DNA from: Hormiphora californensis
Lineage: Eukaryota > Animalia > Ctenophora
Assembly (NCBI GenBank): GCA_020137815.1
Contig: CM035350.1
Location: 4,650,001 to 4,714,000, forward strand
Reading direction: 5' to 3'
DNA length: 64,000 nucleotides
Shown here: piece by piece, positions 1 to 14,732 of the stretch
Numbering within the stretch: position 1 is the stretch's first letter
How the letters are laid out: each line of letters opens with the position of its first letter
Notes under the pieces: generated by a model
What the model saw: only the letters and a program-made list of their open reading frames with translations
Told to the model about the DNA's origin: nothing
Databases searched by the model: none
Program-made: the position numbers and the translations under genes

Positions 1-776
1 CTCCTAGTTTCCATGTCTTTTCCTCCGCGGTTATTGTTCATCGGCACAACCATCTAATCAGAGTTACTGCATACGTCAATCATCATCGCACAATGAAAAA
101 TTACCCCAGGACTCCTCGATTCCTAATTATCTTTTCCCTCTGTAATTAAAATCTCACTGAGCACTGAAGAGGAAGAGAGAGAGGAGAGGTATAGCTCTTT
201 AATATTCTTGTTATCATTATAATCACGGCTCACATTTATCACCGCTGCTCTCTCTCTACCCGACATGGCCGATTTGACGAGTTCTTCCGCGCCTCGACCG
301 AGAAACATGGTCAAGCTACAACTCAACGACGAGAGCATCTCCAGCGGACCTGGAGACTACGACTGATACGGACTGTCCCTCTGATTTTGAAAACTGAGCT
401 ACTGAGTGAGGACCGGGGATACTACAGTCTGGGGGATAGTTTCAAGCAGAGCCTCCACTGAGACACTCATATCGGATGGTTTTATGAAGGAGCACGTCGA
501 TACCCGCCACCACCATGCTGCGCTAGGGGAGACCAACGAATCCATGCTAGGTAGGAGAGTTGCATGTGGAGAGACTGATAGAGCGATAGAGTGAGAGAGA
601 AAGAGAGAGGGGAGAGAGAGAAAGGCATCTCATTTCCTAATGAACAGAGAGTTGCATTGCCTGTGATGTGTTGGGTTTTACTACTGCTGCATACTAATAA
701 GTAATAGTAGTGGTAGAGCTTGATATTATGCGAATCTACTGCATTAATATGAGAGAGAGAGATAGAAAGAGAGAGG

Positions 777-808
<32 letters not shown>

Positions 809-1949
809 AAGAGAGAAAGATTAACGAGAACTAGCTGCAATCTATGTAAATACATAACTGTACTTCAGGACTGTATAATTTCCAAACCACTGTGGCCTTC
901 TCCCCTCCTGAAAAGACCAGTATAAGCCTTTTAGGTAGGAGCTTTAATTTGGAGATTGGAGGAAACCGATTGCATGGCATGTTACCATATATGTAAATTA
1001 ATTGTCATTAGTTCATTGTACTAAAAATACAAATTCGTATTGCAAGAGATCACTAGTATGAGAGTGTGCATAGTACATGATGTTTCATGTGTCACACACT
1101 CTGTGTGTACTCTGTGTCTACCTCGAGCGGCATGACATTCAGGTGTTATAGTGTGGGCATTTGATTGAGCAATTCGTTAGAGCTGATTCTCCCTAGTACC
1201 ATTGTTACTCATTGTTACTCAGCTCACACAGCTCCTCGCATGATGAAGGCCTATTGTCATGATTCTCATTTCCCTTCTCCATTCGGCCAGTCATTCTTCT
1301 TTAGCTCATGATCGCTCTGATCTAGATGGCACAACGACGGTCGTGGGTCATATAAGTAATTACGTAACGTAGTTAGATTAGAAACAAATCTGAATTAGCT
1401 AGTGAGAGAAATAAGGAGAGAGATATAGAGGGTAAGAATGAAAGAGAGGGAGGGAAACTCTAAAAAGAGAGAGGCAGAGAGAAAGTGTAGGATGCTAGAC
1501 ATTTATGGGACAGCGTCACTGTATACAGACAGACCACATAACTTATGCGATGATCTCTACGTGCTTTAGCAGTTTGTAGCTTGTTTTAAAGCTCCCGTTT
1601 AGACATACATATTATATGCAGCAAGTAGGTATACTTTGCCTGTCGTCTCCCCAGCTCTCTCCAGCTAATCTTTATCTCAGATCTACATCTATCTTTTCTA
1701 GGACGCTCTGTCGGCCTTTAGTGCAGATCATGATTTGTACCGCTAGATTTAGTATACTTTATAGGTAAATTTAGTATACTTTATAGGTAACTGCTAACTT
1801 CCTTCTATCTCTAACAAAATCTCTCTTTCTCTCTCTCCCTATCTCTCTCTCTCATTATACCGCTTTTGTGCTCTTATTTTGACCTCATGCGATGTATGAA
1901 GAAGAAGTAAGCCATTTCCTCCGATTCTTCCATTGCTGTCTGTACTAGA

Positions 1950-3829
1950 ATGCCCTCTGCAACGACAGCCTCCAAGCTACTCCATCATGATCCTAACCAC
2001 CCCACCTCCCTACCCATGCAAGTCGGTAACGAGTACTCGCTCCTCAAGGAGGGAATAGCCCGGACGCCCCCCGTCACAGAGAAAGTGTGCCCCAAGTGCA
2101 CTGATAACAACGGTGCAGATAACACCCTGCAGCTCCACTCCCCAGCCACCCTGAAAGTGGATAGGGCCCTGGTGCCCCTCGTCACCGACCCCGACTGCCC
2201 CGCCAAACCGGATGGCGACGGGGACGGCGGACGGTGGTGGAGATGGAAAGAATCGGTTCCTTCCAACTTCAATAGTCCGGATAAACATAAGTGGGAAGAT
2301 TTACATTACTCTTCGAAAGACGCTCATGTTTTTCCCTGACACCCTACTTGGATCGGATGAACTTGAGGACTACTGGCTGCCCAAGGAGGGACACTACTAT
2401 CTGAACAGGCACCGTGGTGTCTTTAACTCCATCCTCTTTTTCTACCAGTCCCGGGGTATATTCCGGCCTCCCAACAACGTGGAGGGAGACATAGTGAGGG
2501 AGGAGCTGGATTTCTTTAAGATCGACCTGGTGGAAATAATGGGGGTTGCGGGAGAAGATGACGAAGAGGAGATTCCTCAGAAACTAAGCTTTAGGGAGAA
2601 ACTTCATACATTCCTAACCGATCCAACATTTTCCAAAGCAGCACTGTATTGGTCGTTTGCAGACATGATTGCTATCGTCGTTTCAATTATTAATGCTGGT
2701 GGCGGAGAGCGTACCGAGTGCGAACGTTTATTTCAAAGATCGGGAAAAATCAAAAGGACTGTACTTCTTTTTGTATAGCATGGAGATTCTGGTGAACGGA
2801 TTTTTTACAGTGGACTTTTTGCTCAAGTTTGTCTCCTGGCCAAAACCTTGGATGTTCTTTAAAAACCCACTGAACTTCCTCGATTTTATGGCCATCGTAC
2901 CATTCTACATGGAATTAATAGCCCTCATGACATCAAGCGGAGGTGCAGGCGGGAAGTTCGTTGTCCTGCGGATATGCAGGACGAGCAGGGTGGTTCGGAT
3001 ATTCAGGTTCGCCCGGCACAATAAGGAATTGTTGGTGGTTATGCGGGTGGTGTCAAGTGCGAGTAAAGAATTCGCAATGCTCGGTATGCTTATAATGGTG
3101 TTCGTGCTGCTCTTTGGGACACTTCTCTACTACTGTGAGATGGGGCACGGATCTCACTTTGAATCAATTCCACTCGGTATGTATTTTGGAATTTACACAT
3201 AATATATTATCAATAACATGAGACTGATAATTGGTAATTAAGGTTAATTAAAGTTAATTAAGGTTAATTAAAGTAAATTCAACGCGATTATTCCCCCCTC
3301 AGGCTGCTGGTGGGCGATTGTCACCGTCACCACCGTGGGATACGGAGATTTGGCGCCGAAAAGTACTATAGGTAAGCTATTGCTGGCAGAGATTAAGTCA
3401 TTGAGTAGGCAACATACATATATATCTGTATTCAGTATATATATCTGTATTCAGTATTGTTGTGTGGGAAGCTTTATTGGTTAAGAGACCATTCCCGAAA
3501 TAAATAGATAGACAACTAGAGATAGCTTTGCATGGAGTTTAGTGTAGAATCAAAGATAGATTTGAAGCTCTCTAAGTCTATTGAGAAACCGTTTGAGACA
3601 AAACAAAGGGAATATTATTAAATACTTTGCTCGACTCACAGTCCAACATGTTTTAGGTCGTCTGATTGGAAGTATAGCGGTAGTGTTGGGTATCGTGATC
3701 CTGGCCCTTCCCATGACTGTTATCGTCAGCAAATTCAATGAGAGCTACGGAGATGTGAAAAGGAAAACAGAACAGGACCAGTTAAAGAGGGTCCGAGCTC
3801 ATGCCCTGGCTAACGGGGCAATCTACTGA
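1950..3829 (+). CDS. Voltage-gated K+ channel alpha subunit, Shaker superfamily (exons ~1950-3176 with two +1 frame breaks, 3303-3371, 3657-3829)
   Basis: T1 domain ([11 protein letters not shown]...[19 protein letters not shown]), S1-S3 ([12 protein letters not shown]), S4 [17 protein letters not shown], pore [14 protein letters not shown] in exon 2 and S6 [13 protein letters not shown]; GT-AG introns keep frame. Confidence 0.9.
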
Positions 3830-4321
3830 GAAAACAATGAGAGAGAGAGTTGTTGAGTAACAAAAATAGAGAACGTTAGACACTAATTAAAGAGTGCAAC
3901 ATATTTGTGGTCGTGAGAAACAGAGAACTATGTATGTGGTCGTTTTGGCCGTACGTTGTTTACTAAATTCAGATTTCAATTACAGTTGTGGCAACTGCAC
4001 TTTGAGTCTAACATTGCGAGTGAGGGAATTGAATGATATGTTAGATTCAGAATTAAAAAGCGTGTGACAATAAATTTGTTTTGCGCATGTTAGCTAGCTT
4101 TATAAGTGAAAAGTAAAACTGCAGCGAGTGAGGTGTGTGAGCCAAGAGGAGCTCTTTTTATCTACCAACAGCGAATTTTTATGCGTCGTGTTAATGTATG
4201 CAAGTGTATAATTGATTTCAGGTATGTACCACTTTTAGCCGAGCGAGTCCTTATTTGTGTGCAAAAAGGGCGGACCAGGCGTGTTGCTTAGCCAAGTCCG
4301 TATTAAGATGCTCCAAAACAT

Positions 4322-5427
4322 TCACATACAACTCAGTGCCGGCATAATCTTCCGAAATATGCGAGGCATTCCTGTCAAGCATTCCTTTTCAAACCTCAAA
4401 ACTTTTTCTTTTGAAGAATACCACGCCGTACAATCTTCAAACCTGCCCTTTGCGAAGATTCAGAGTGAAAAAACCCTACCCCGTTTCTAACCTGTACAAT
4501 TTCTTCTTTCTTTGCGGGTAATCCCGTAATTGGTAAATCCCCTTCCAGTTCCAACTTGAACTTCTCAAAGTCATCCAGTTCCGGGGATTTAGAGGAAGAA
4601 GGACGTTCCTGCTGGGAGAGGAGGAATGTATACATACACGCATTGCTAATGTGTATATTATACATTGTGCAAGTGTATAAATCTAACGGAATTCAATTCC
4701 GATAAACCAATTGTCTAGTCCGGCCTTTAGAAACTCTTTTTCACGTTGTGTTACGACAAAAGTAGGCCGATTATCTGACCACAGGTGTGGTATATATGTT
4801 GACTATCACTGACGTCACAGTGGGTGATTACCAGAACACAAGGATTGTTTCAATCCCAGTTTATACATACCGCAATGAGTCTCACCTGTGTTCGGGGAAT
4901 GTCAGTTGAGATTGTGGATCCTCCAAAGACTGAATCATTGTCGTCTGAGATGTTCATGTTTTGTAGGGCCTCTGCGAGGGCAGGATCCGCCATGAGATCA
5001 GCTCCCAGGTCCGTTAGACTCATGTTGTTCAACAGTGACTCCTCGTCCTCAAAACTAGAAAACAAGAAACAAGATTTAGTCCTTTATTTCTCCGTGTGGG
5101 CTCGTGTGTTGGAGAAAGAGCGGAGACCAAGAATTGGGTATGATATGCCAATATAATGGAGTATCATGAGTGGCACAGATAAAAACAAATGTTGTTGGTA
5201 GTACACGCGCTTGTTTGACTGTTGTATAATATTGGCACGGAAATACAAAGTGAAGATTTACTGAACCAATGAGATTGAAAGAGAGAAAGAGAGAAAGAGA
5301 GAAAGAGAGAAAGAGAGAAAGAGAGAAAGAGAGAAGAGAGAGAGAGAGAAAGAGATGTGTTAGTTTTGTCAGAAGTAAGCCGACGTTTCTCAATTACTCG
5401 CTAAATCACTTGATTTTTGTACTGTTT

Positions 5428-5489
<62 letters not shown>

Positions 5490-8232
5490 CTCTCTCCCTC
5501 TCATTTTATATATTTCTAGCTCTTTTTTCACTCTCTCTCAGATCGAGATCTGTAGAATTTTATAACTCGTGGCTAATAATCTCTCTCGGCTTACTTGAAG
5601 TCAAGATCGCTAATCTCGCTGAATCCTTCATCATTCAACATTTGTTGCAGTATCATGGTTGATTCGGAGATGACCGTTCCTGATTCCGGGCTCACTACTC
5701 TGACACCAGGGTCCTTTGAGTCGGGATGATCTATCTACAGGGTGGAGAAATGGTATGAGATCATTGTGTATCAGCAGGATATGGAGGGAGCTGCATGTAG
5801 CAAATCATAAGTAGCAAATCATTACTTTAGCACCGCTATGTCACCGCTATATGTATGGAAGCATGCAAGTTAAAGCTGTTATTAGATTGAAGAGCCATGT
5901 TTAACTTACAAGAATGATAGACTTTCTACGTTCTTGCCTCTTCTTTCTTGGTTGAGTTGGTGTCTTGGAAACCTGTACGTCCGCTTCTTGTGTAAAGAAA
6001 CTGGGAGCGATAACTATCTGCAAAGTGGTATAATACAAGTGTAACTGCACAATGAATGGAGAGGGACATGATACAGGAACACTTTAACATGCAACAAGAA
6101 GGGGGCCCCCTGCAACAAGTGCTGCTTTATAATACTAACCGCGCTCACCACATATGTTCTGCACACTTACATCGGCACACGATTTCCTGCGTACTATTCG
6201 TTTCCGCGGACTATCTGATCCGTGCTGATCGGATGAACCCGCTGCTCCTTCCTCGTCTGGAAGGCTCTACAAGATCAGGGGAAAGGGAGTTAGTTTTAAG
6301 GGTTGGAAATTGATATGAAGTGTAACAAAATTAAGTATCAGCTTGTGAAGTATAACTGCTTATTAATTTTTGTTGAGTAAAGCTGCCGTTAGGTCACCTT
6401 TCTGGCGTGGGTTTTTGTGACGTTGGTCAGGGAGAGATATATAGGGCAGTGTGTGGGAAAATTGGGTACATATGGTTGGTATTTGTTGGGTAAAGGGGTA
6501 CTCAACAAGTTGGCATAGAGCCTCTATAGCATTATAAGGGTTGGAGTTCTAATGTCCAAATTGTATTCAAGTGCATGTTATATCATCCCTTTATTGTGGT
6601 TTTTCTATCTAGAACTTTTCCATTTAAAATTCATTTTTTCTCTCCGAGTCTATCTTCCTATTTCTCTACCTATCTCTCTCCCTCCCTCTCCCCCTCCCTC
6701 TCTCCCTCTATTTTTCTCTCTATTTCTTTTTTCACTCTCCCTCCATATCCGTCTATATGAGTCTCTCTTCTGTCTGTGGTACAGCTGTTATTCATTCATT
6801 TCAACACGTCACCCGCTAATAGCGGCCGGGGGATGTTGAATAGAGGGTGACGGTATATTCTGGAAGTTGTCATCATCTGCAGAGCCAGCTCTCAGCTAAT
6901 GACCTGTGACATTAACACGGCGACAACAGCTGACAACGAGGGGGACCCATTAGAGAGTGGTAATTGTTAGGAAAATGTTATGATGGGAGACAAAGTCGTT
7001 AGAAGAAAGAGGTGGAGTTATTAGTTGGGCGGGATTTTTTTGGGCATCATATCTCAGGGGTTGGGAAGAAAAAGGTGATAAAATGACACCACAATGACCT
7101 GTTGGAAAAACAAAACTCAAGTGCGCAAAGAATTGGTTGGTGGGAAAACTGAGAGGAAAAGGGAAACAAAAGAAATAGGAGAGAGAAGAGAGGAGAGGAG
7201 AGAGAGAGAGAGAAGAGAGGAGAGAGAGAGAGAGAATGAGAGAGAGAGGAGTAGAAAGACTAGAGAGATGGGGAGAAGAGAGAGATAGAGAAAGAGAGCG
7301 CGAAAGCATCAACACATCTCCTCTCCAGGCCTTTTTTGATTTTGATTTCATTTTTCCCATCTGACATTCTCTAGATGCGTCATGCATTACGTTATATTGA
7401 ATGCAGCACGGGGAGAGGAAGGAGCAGCTCTGAATTGTTTGGAAGGAAGGAGAGAAATGAAATGTAGTACAAGCTTGGCGCATGAACAGTCAAAGAACAA
7501 ATCCAACAACCAATTGAAGAGATGCGTTCTCGAGACATAGAGGAGGATTGCATAACTAGAAAGAGGCAAGTGAGAGAGAAAGGAAAGTACCGCTGTTGAC
7601 TGTGGTGGCAGACTGGTGTGCTGGTCTGGTGGCGACACATGGGGCAAGGCTGCAGGGAGGGGCAATACTGGGCCACATTTTATGTAGCGGAAAACACGCA
7701 GTCACTCTGCTAGAGGCAAAAAGTAGGAGTAGAAGTGAGAGAATACAAACTTGACGGTCATCCTGGATTGGGCAATCGGCCAGGGACCCCACCTAGAGAC
7801 CTGTTGTTGTCCCTCTCTACAACATATATTGTATAGCTGCTTGTTTGGACGCTCAATACCGCGTTAATCCAATATAGAGAGAGGGAGGAATGAACATTAA
7901 AAGCACAATACACCGTTAGTTCATATCTCCCTACACCAGTGTGTATAAATCAGCTACCGATGATAAAATCTCTCTAATGAACCTGAGAATTAACCCCACC
8001 CTATCAAATAATACACTTTTATGATTGTGAGGATGATTTTGAAAGATGATCAATATTACTTACCGCCCTTCCAAACAATATATCCTTCACAGTTGGCATA
8101 TCTAGACTGAATAACTTATTAACAACTACTACACAGCATACACAGGGGAAAGTTGTTGTATACTAAAATATGATTCAGTATTCGTGTGTGTACAGCCAGG
8201 CTGGTGCTTGTACGTATTTGCTACACAGAGAG

Positions 8233-8293
<61 letters not shown>

Positions 8294-10478
8294 TAGAGAG
8301 ATAGATAGAGTCACGTGTCATGGCCTGACGGTAACCTATTGGCTATCGCATGACCGGGAGCTCCACAAGGGAGTCTCGCTAGCCGAGCTGCTAGCTGGCA
8401 GAAGTGTGCGCCCTAGGAAACTAGGATGTTACAACATTGACAGCAGATATGTGTAAATAGAGCACACAAGCAATGATATTAGTGACAGTACAGTAACGTA
8501 CCGCTATATGTGCATAATGAATATAATGTGGTCACCTCATTGCACTGTGTGTGTTCATTAATTTCATAATTTTAGATAAGTAGGAAGTGTCCAGGAGGGG
8601 CTCAATTGTGGTTTTCAGAAAGCTGAGCGTGTGTCTCAGCTGTTGGGTAATGTAATATAACTGCTGCAGTGGTGGAGGGTGGAGGCTGTGGGCTAGTGAG
8701 ATTTCATCAGAATATTACTTATGTAACCCAAATTATATAAGTGATGATATTACTGCACTGGTGTAACCACTAAAGGTGTAACCACTAAAGGTGTAGCCAC
8801 TAAAGGTTACTAGCTTCCACCGTGTTGATCAAGATCCCAACATTTCCCACCATGTATATTATATTGTACTTACCAGATGACTTGCTCACACAGTTGGGAA
8901 GTCGATGGACAAAACTAGCTGTTGGACAAACGAAGGAGGGGGTACAACAAGTAATATATTTATCGTGTTGACAAAACCCAGGAAAGTTTCCTATAGGGTT
9001 TCCCTTTCTCCCTCATGAAAGTGCCGTTAAAATTAGGCTCCTTTTTAAAATTAGAACAGACTATACCCCTGATACGCATTTGCTTGGAGCCAAGTGTATG
9101 CTGCTTGTTATGGCCAGCTGTTTCATAATTTCCCCCTCGAAAAATAGACCGTAAATATATCGGAATTGGACAATATTTCGTGTTCACCCAATGTTTCAGC
9201 TTTTGCGTGACAATATAATACGTGCTTAAATATGAAAGGGGGTAATGAAATTATCATCAGGCTCAAATTAATTTGTTTAAAGTAGTGTTGAAAACACTAC
9301 TTTAAATAAATTAATTTGAGCCTGATGATGAAATTAATTAATAGCGCTCTTCTACAATAAAAACCCCGTCTACTCAATTTGTCCAGCCGGAAGGAGAAAA
9401 CTAAACTTCCTCACTGATATGCGGCTAATATGTATATATAATCAACCGATCCTTATTCTCTATTATATGCAATATATATAACAGGGGTGACTTCGTAACC
9501 TAGGTTTGAATATGCGAGGGGGGGGGGGGGGGTTGAGAGACAAAGAGAGGTCAGGTTTACCACCCGTTCAGCTAGTTAAGTGAGCAACATGCGTGACCGT
9601 TTAAATAATTGCAGTCCCCATCGATAAACTGCTATCAAACTGCTATCAGACTAACTGGTAAAATATATACAGGGTGTCCCACTTTCTTTGCGTGACCTGT
9701 GATTTTGGGTCATGGCTGGACCGTGCAAATACAGTGGGACACCCTGTATAATTACTTGGAGATCAAGAAGTATATTTACCTCGACAAGGGATGAATTTTG
9801 TAGAAGCTTCCTTCTAAGAAGAGGTGTCCAACTGTCCTGTAATTCCAAGGACTCCGCATCATCTGACATTACATGTGGTGGGAATGTGGGAGGTGCAGAG
9901 ACAGTGGCATGGACTGGTTTAGGTGCAAGTGCGGGAGATTGGTCCATCTCTGGGGCGGGGACTGGAGAGCAATCAATCACCAACTGTTCTATCTCACCCA
10001 CACTCTCCACTGTTATGTTAGTAGTATCTGTTAGACCTTCTTCCCCATCATCATCAGGTGTGCTGTGTTGTCTCCGAATTGGGATTGGGGTCAGCTCTGG
10101 ATCGATCGTAATACCACCCAGCCCTAACATGCTGACATCTTTTCTCGGCGGTTGAGGCGTTTTATCTCCGTCGCTACTAGGTTTACTCTGGGGCCCGGGA
10201 AGGCCAAGGGTTGGTAAGGATATGCCAGGGATAGCTGGGTTGAGTTTCGGAGTTGGTGGTTCTGGACCCATATCAAAAGGGAATATCTTTCCATTAATCA
10301 CGGCGTGAGGTTGGTCTGGCCTCGCTAGCACCTCGCTAGTCGACAGTTTCGCTGTGAGGACCTTTTTCTCCACTTGTTCACTCTGAATTGTAGCACAAGA
10401 TGAAGCCTGACCCTGTTCCTCTTGGTGGTCCTCTTGCAGGTCATCTGGGGTAACAAGAACGTGCGGCGTACCCTCCAT
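4322..10478 (-). CDS. Multi-exon gene for an uncharacterised Pro/Ser/acidic-rich protein (exons ~9777-10478, ~5906-6018, ~5590-5735, ~4887-5056, ~4493-4610, 4322-4442; model approximate)
   Basis: 275-aa ORF preceded by an AG acceptor, plus several open segments bounded by AG/GT; no family recognised. Confidence 0.55.
9254..9328. repeat. Near-perfect 75-bp palindrome (probable MITE remnant)
   Basis: tcatcaggctcaaattaattt...aaattaatttgagcctgatga. Confidence 0.7.
9670..9746. mobile_element. Small Tc1/mariner-type MITE
   Basis: TIR cagggtgtcccac / gtgggacaccctg flanked by TA on both sides. Confidence 0.75.
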
Positions 10479-10561
10479 TTCATAGGGATATCAGTCACCA
10501 CCAACCTAGAGAGAGAGAGAGGGATATTGAGATGGGGGGACACTGAGACCACCACTAACCC

Positions 10562-10632
<71 letters not shown>

Positions 10633-11132
10633 AGAGGGACACGGATAGATATATCACTGATTAGGCATCACAAAACAAGACAGAAAAGCATCCTGCAGCT
10701 GTTGCGGTAGGGAGAGTAAGATGGAAGTTTGGAGCCGTTGCTTTCAAACATTTGGTCGGTTCCGGTTGCAGTGACAAAGACTATACAATTCACCTATACT
10801 TTAAACCAAGACAACACCAGAAAACTGGGAACAAGTTGTTTGGTAGGGGTGTGGGCTGCAAATTGTGTCTGTGCATAATAATTACAAATTGCAGCTTCTG
10901 TTGTTTGTGTGTGTGGGGAAGTAACAAACAGTATATCATGGGCGCCAGTATTGTGCGACAACAGGTTGAGTGGTAATACAGTGGGACAATAATTCTAGTT
11001 TAAATTAAGAGAGAGACACTGGGACACAACGTGAATTACAGAAATAACGTCTGTGTTTAATTCTGGGGGCCCACTTCTTGCAAGCTTTTAGAAAAGGTGA
11101 GATACAAAGTGGGAAAGAGAGAGATACTGAGT

Positions 11133-11169
<37 letters not shown>

Positions 11170-11189
11170 AGAGGAGAGAGAGAGAGAGT

Positions 11190-11231
<42 letters not shown>

Positions 11232-11502
11232 AGGAGAAGATAGTGAGAGCAGGAGAGAGAGAGAGGAGGAGACCCGGGGAGAGGTTCCAGAGATAGAGAG
11301 AGAGATGAGAGAGAGTAAAGCGTGATGTAGAATAGCCAAAGTGAGAAAAGTGTGAGTAAAAAGCCATTAGTAATATTAACCGCACAAAATGACGGCCACA
11401 AAAAAACCGAACCAACCCCGCTGCCATCATTACCTAAAACCTACTACATAATATCATGTTAATATTCAATATTCATCTACCACTAGGCAGGGAGGAGGAT
11501 AT

Positions 11503-11592
11503 GTATCCTCGGGCGAACTTGACGAAACCGTTATCTCCCCAACTGGATCCCCAGGAATTCTTAACCAGGAATGTATGTCGATGTAAACCCAT
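11503..11592 (-). pseudogene. Isolated fragment of a papain-family (C1A) cysteine protease
   Basis: Reverse strand reads FLVKNSWGSSWGDNGFVKFARGY, the catalytic-Asn motif; upstream GFTSTY is one base out of frame; no other exon found. Confidence 0.7.
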
Positions 11593-12489
11593 CTAGTTAT
11601 AAACAGCATGTCTTGGGCAAAGTCGGCATCCCATGTAATTCAAGCGCCGCGCAGTGGCAATTTCTTTTTTCCCATGGGCTCTAGAACGGTGAGCAAACGC
11701 CGTCTAGACAAAGTCTAGCAAAATACAACTGTGAGATTTTGTCTATCGCTGATACTATCAGTGATAGTGTCGCTATCACTTACTAGTACTTGAGTTCGCA
11801 CGATACCCGCACATGTGTTGTCCCACAGAATTCCTCCAGAATAACTCCAGAACCGTGATGTCACCTGGAATGCCATAGAAAGGGATCCCTCACTCCCTCA
11901 GCCAGTGCAGCAATGTTCTGGGACTCAGTTGAGCCTACACAGGTCGCTTTGGTAATCTTTGCAGCTACAAGACCGTTACTCTTAGACGACTTCTTACAGG
12001 AACCACTATATTCATTGTTCAGCGTAGGAGTAATCAGAGGTAGGTGCTAGTCGTCCGTATTTACTATTTATTGGAATAATTAATTTGGAATCAATTTTGT
12101 TTGGACAAGAAACGGACACCATTTAGAACTCCGTGATAACTGCTAAAGTTTGTTTATCAAATTCAACCGGGTAACCTGTTATCTAACATGACTGTCAGTT
12201 TCGGTAACAGCTCGTTATTGGGTAACTTCTTGTTATCTGATCATGATCATCCCATCTCACGATGATGCGTGTCTAGACCACTATTAAGTATATAATACTG
12301 TCATACTGAGAGCAGTTTAACTTTCAGACAGATCACGAATTGCATATATTCTTGATTTATCGTGATCTTCCAAGGTCTACATGACCTGTCAAAAAGTAAA
12401 CTAAAGACTAATGCAGCAAAATGCAGACTATTCCCAGATTGAGAAAATCATATTAGAATTCATGGTGGGTGGTCAATAGTTCGTTGTTC

Positions 12490-13770
12490 AACAAGTTTTG
12501 GAATTTGGGATCATGCTATGGCCATATTTAGGTGCCGGCAGGCACCTCCGACCCGAAGAAACCAGCAAAAAACGAAAAAAAGAAAAAAAATTTTTTGCCC
12601 TTGCACAAAAACCCAAAAATGCCGGCCCTATTAAGAACAAAGAAAGGTCTTTTTTTTGGGGGGGGTGGGGGGGGGGGGAGGGGGGGGGGGGGGGGGGGGG
12701 CAAAAAACATGTCAACGATTGTGGCCACACCGTTTGAGATATCGACTTGAAATTTTGTAGGCATGTTCTTGTAGTATTCCTTTGTGTCATGACGTTGGCG
12801 GATTTTTGAATTTTTAATTAATTAATTAATTATAGGTAATTAAAAATGGTGCAAGGTGCCCTTGCACATTGCGTGTTCTGTCCCTTGCACCGCGCCCTTG
12901 CACCAAATTCTATTTTCCGTTCCGCTTAAAATAGCGACTTGAAACGTTGTAGGAATGTTCTTCAATCATAAAAGATGATGTTCGAAAAGTGGGAATAGTC
13001 AAAATTAATTAATTAGTTAGTTAGAGCCGTGCAAAAAATGGAATTTGGTGCAAGGGCAGGCAATGTGCAAGGGCAAATGGTGCAAGGGCAGCCCTTGCAC
13101 CAATTTTATGATCGAACTGTGTCCACACCGTTTAAATATTTGACAACGAAACTTTCTATGCATGTTCTAGTAGCATAACTACGAGTACTAGAAGAGCCGT
13201 ATGATTAATATATCAATTAGGTAATTAATTATAGGCAATTAATCAAAATTTGCCCTTGCACAATTTGTGCAAATTTCCCCTGACATGTGCCCTTGCACCA
13301 TTTTGTTTTGCCCATGCACTAAATTATATTTCCGTTCTGCTTAAAATATCGACTTGAAACTTTCTAGGAATGTTCTTCATGCATAAAACATATAATATAA
13401 TCTACAGAAAGTGGGAATAGTCAAAATTAATTAATTACGATAGAGTTCGATTGATTTACCATGACAACGGAGTTGGTCACCATACTAACCAGAGAATTCG
13501 TTGTAAAATAGTCCTTTCTTGCTATAAACTCGGCCTTTAGATAGAAAATTGATTTTATTCTACTCGCACTAATGCAAGGGCATTTCACAGTTTGGTGCCG
13601 TTATTTTTGTCTCTATTTTTAATAGGATTTTGGGATTAGACTGAAAGTATGGGATCATTTGAGAAGTAGTGAAGATTTGAAAATGTTAGCTACTTGCCGG
13701 TTCGACAAACTAAACCCATATGATTCCAACTTCGGGTCGGACGAGGGGAAGCTTGCCTTTTGCGAACATA
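12490..13770. mobile_element. Non-autonomous DNA element, copy 1 (possibly Helentron/HINE-like); left boundary approximate
   Basis: Internal repeats gcccttgcac and gatatcgacttgaaa; its ~250-bp right end recurs inverted from 19652. Confidence 0.55.
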
Positions 13771-14644
13771 TTATAATGGTTAATGGCAAATTTAGTCATT
13801 AGTCATTGGTCAAGGGCTGTGTCAATTGTGACACAGGTGATGATCATCAATCACGTGTTTGTAGGACGCGCAACTTTTTTAATTGACAGGTGCGCGCATA
13901 ACCAGTCACGTGACCTATGAGCGTGGGAAAAAGTACACTCAGAATCAGCGATTGGCACCTGTTTGAGCGAAATGGTACCAAACTGCCTCTTGCCCGCCGT
14001 TTTTACTCTTGGACAGGCGTGTTCCAAGTTTCTTTCACCAACAATAACGATCTGGCAGCACCGACCTGATCTAAGCACAGATTTAGCACACTGTTAAAAC
14101 TTGCCAAGCTAGACTGTGGTAAAGGGAGGGTTAGACATAACATTGTTATGTCATAACAAAGTCAAAGCTGGGTCTGGTGCCACCACTGCCAGACAGAAAA
14201 TAACAAATTAAAAGACGTCGATTTTTAGTCTAAATTGTAATTTCTTAGCTTGTATCATAATATTCAATCATCAAGAGGACTCGAATTCTTATCGCATTAT
14301 ATCACATGTGCACAAACACACACATATTGCTTTCTTGCGAGTAGATCTCATTCTGGGCCAGGCACACACGTGAGGGCAGGGTTTTCAGAACTCATCAGCT
14401 CAGATCTAGAGATGTACAGGTGAAAGAGAATCACTCTTTACATCTATCACAATCTCAAAGGATATTTAGGGAATTCTGTCCTTCTGAGTTCAACAATATT
14501 GTTCCACCACTATACACGGTGCCTGACCCAAAACACAAAACTTAATACCGAGAGACTTTCTTCCAATTTTTACAGTACATATATACATACCAACAATATT
14601 AGGAAGGCCCTTTCAACTCAATTCTTACTCCTTCTCTCTTTCAT

Positions 14645-14732
<88 letters not shown>

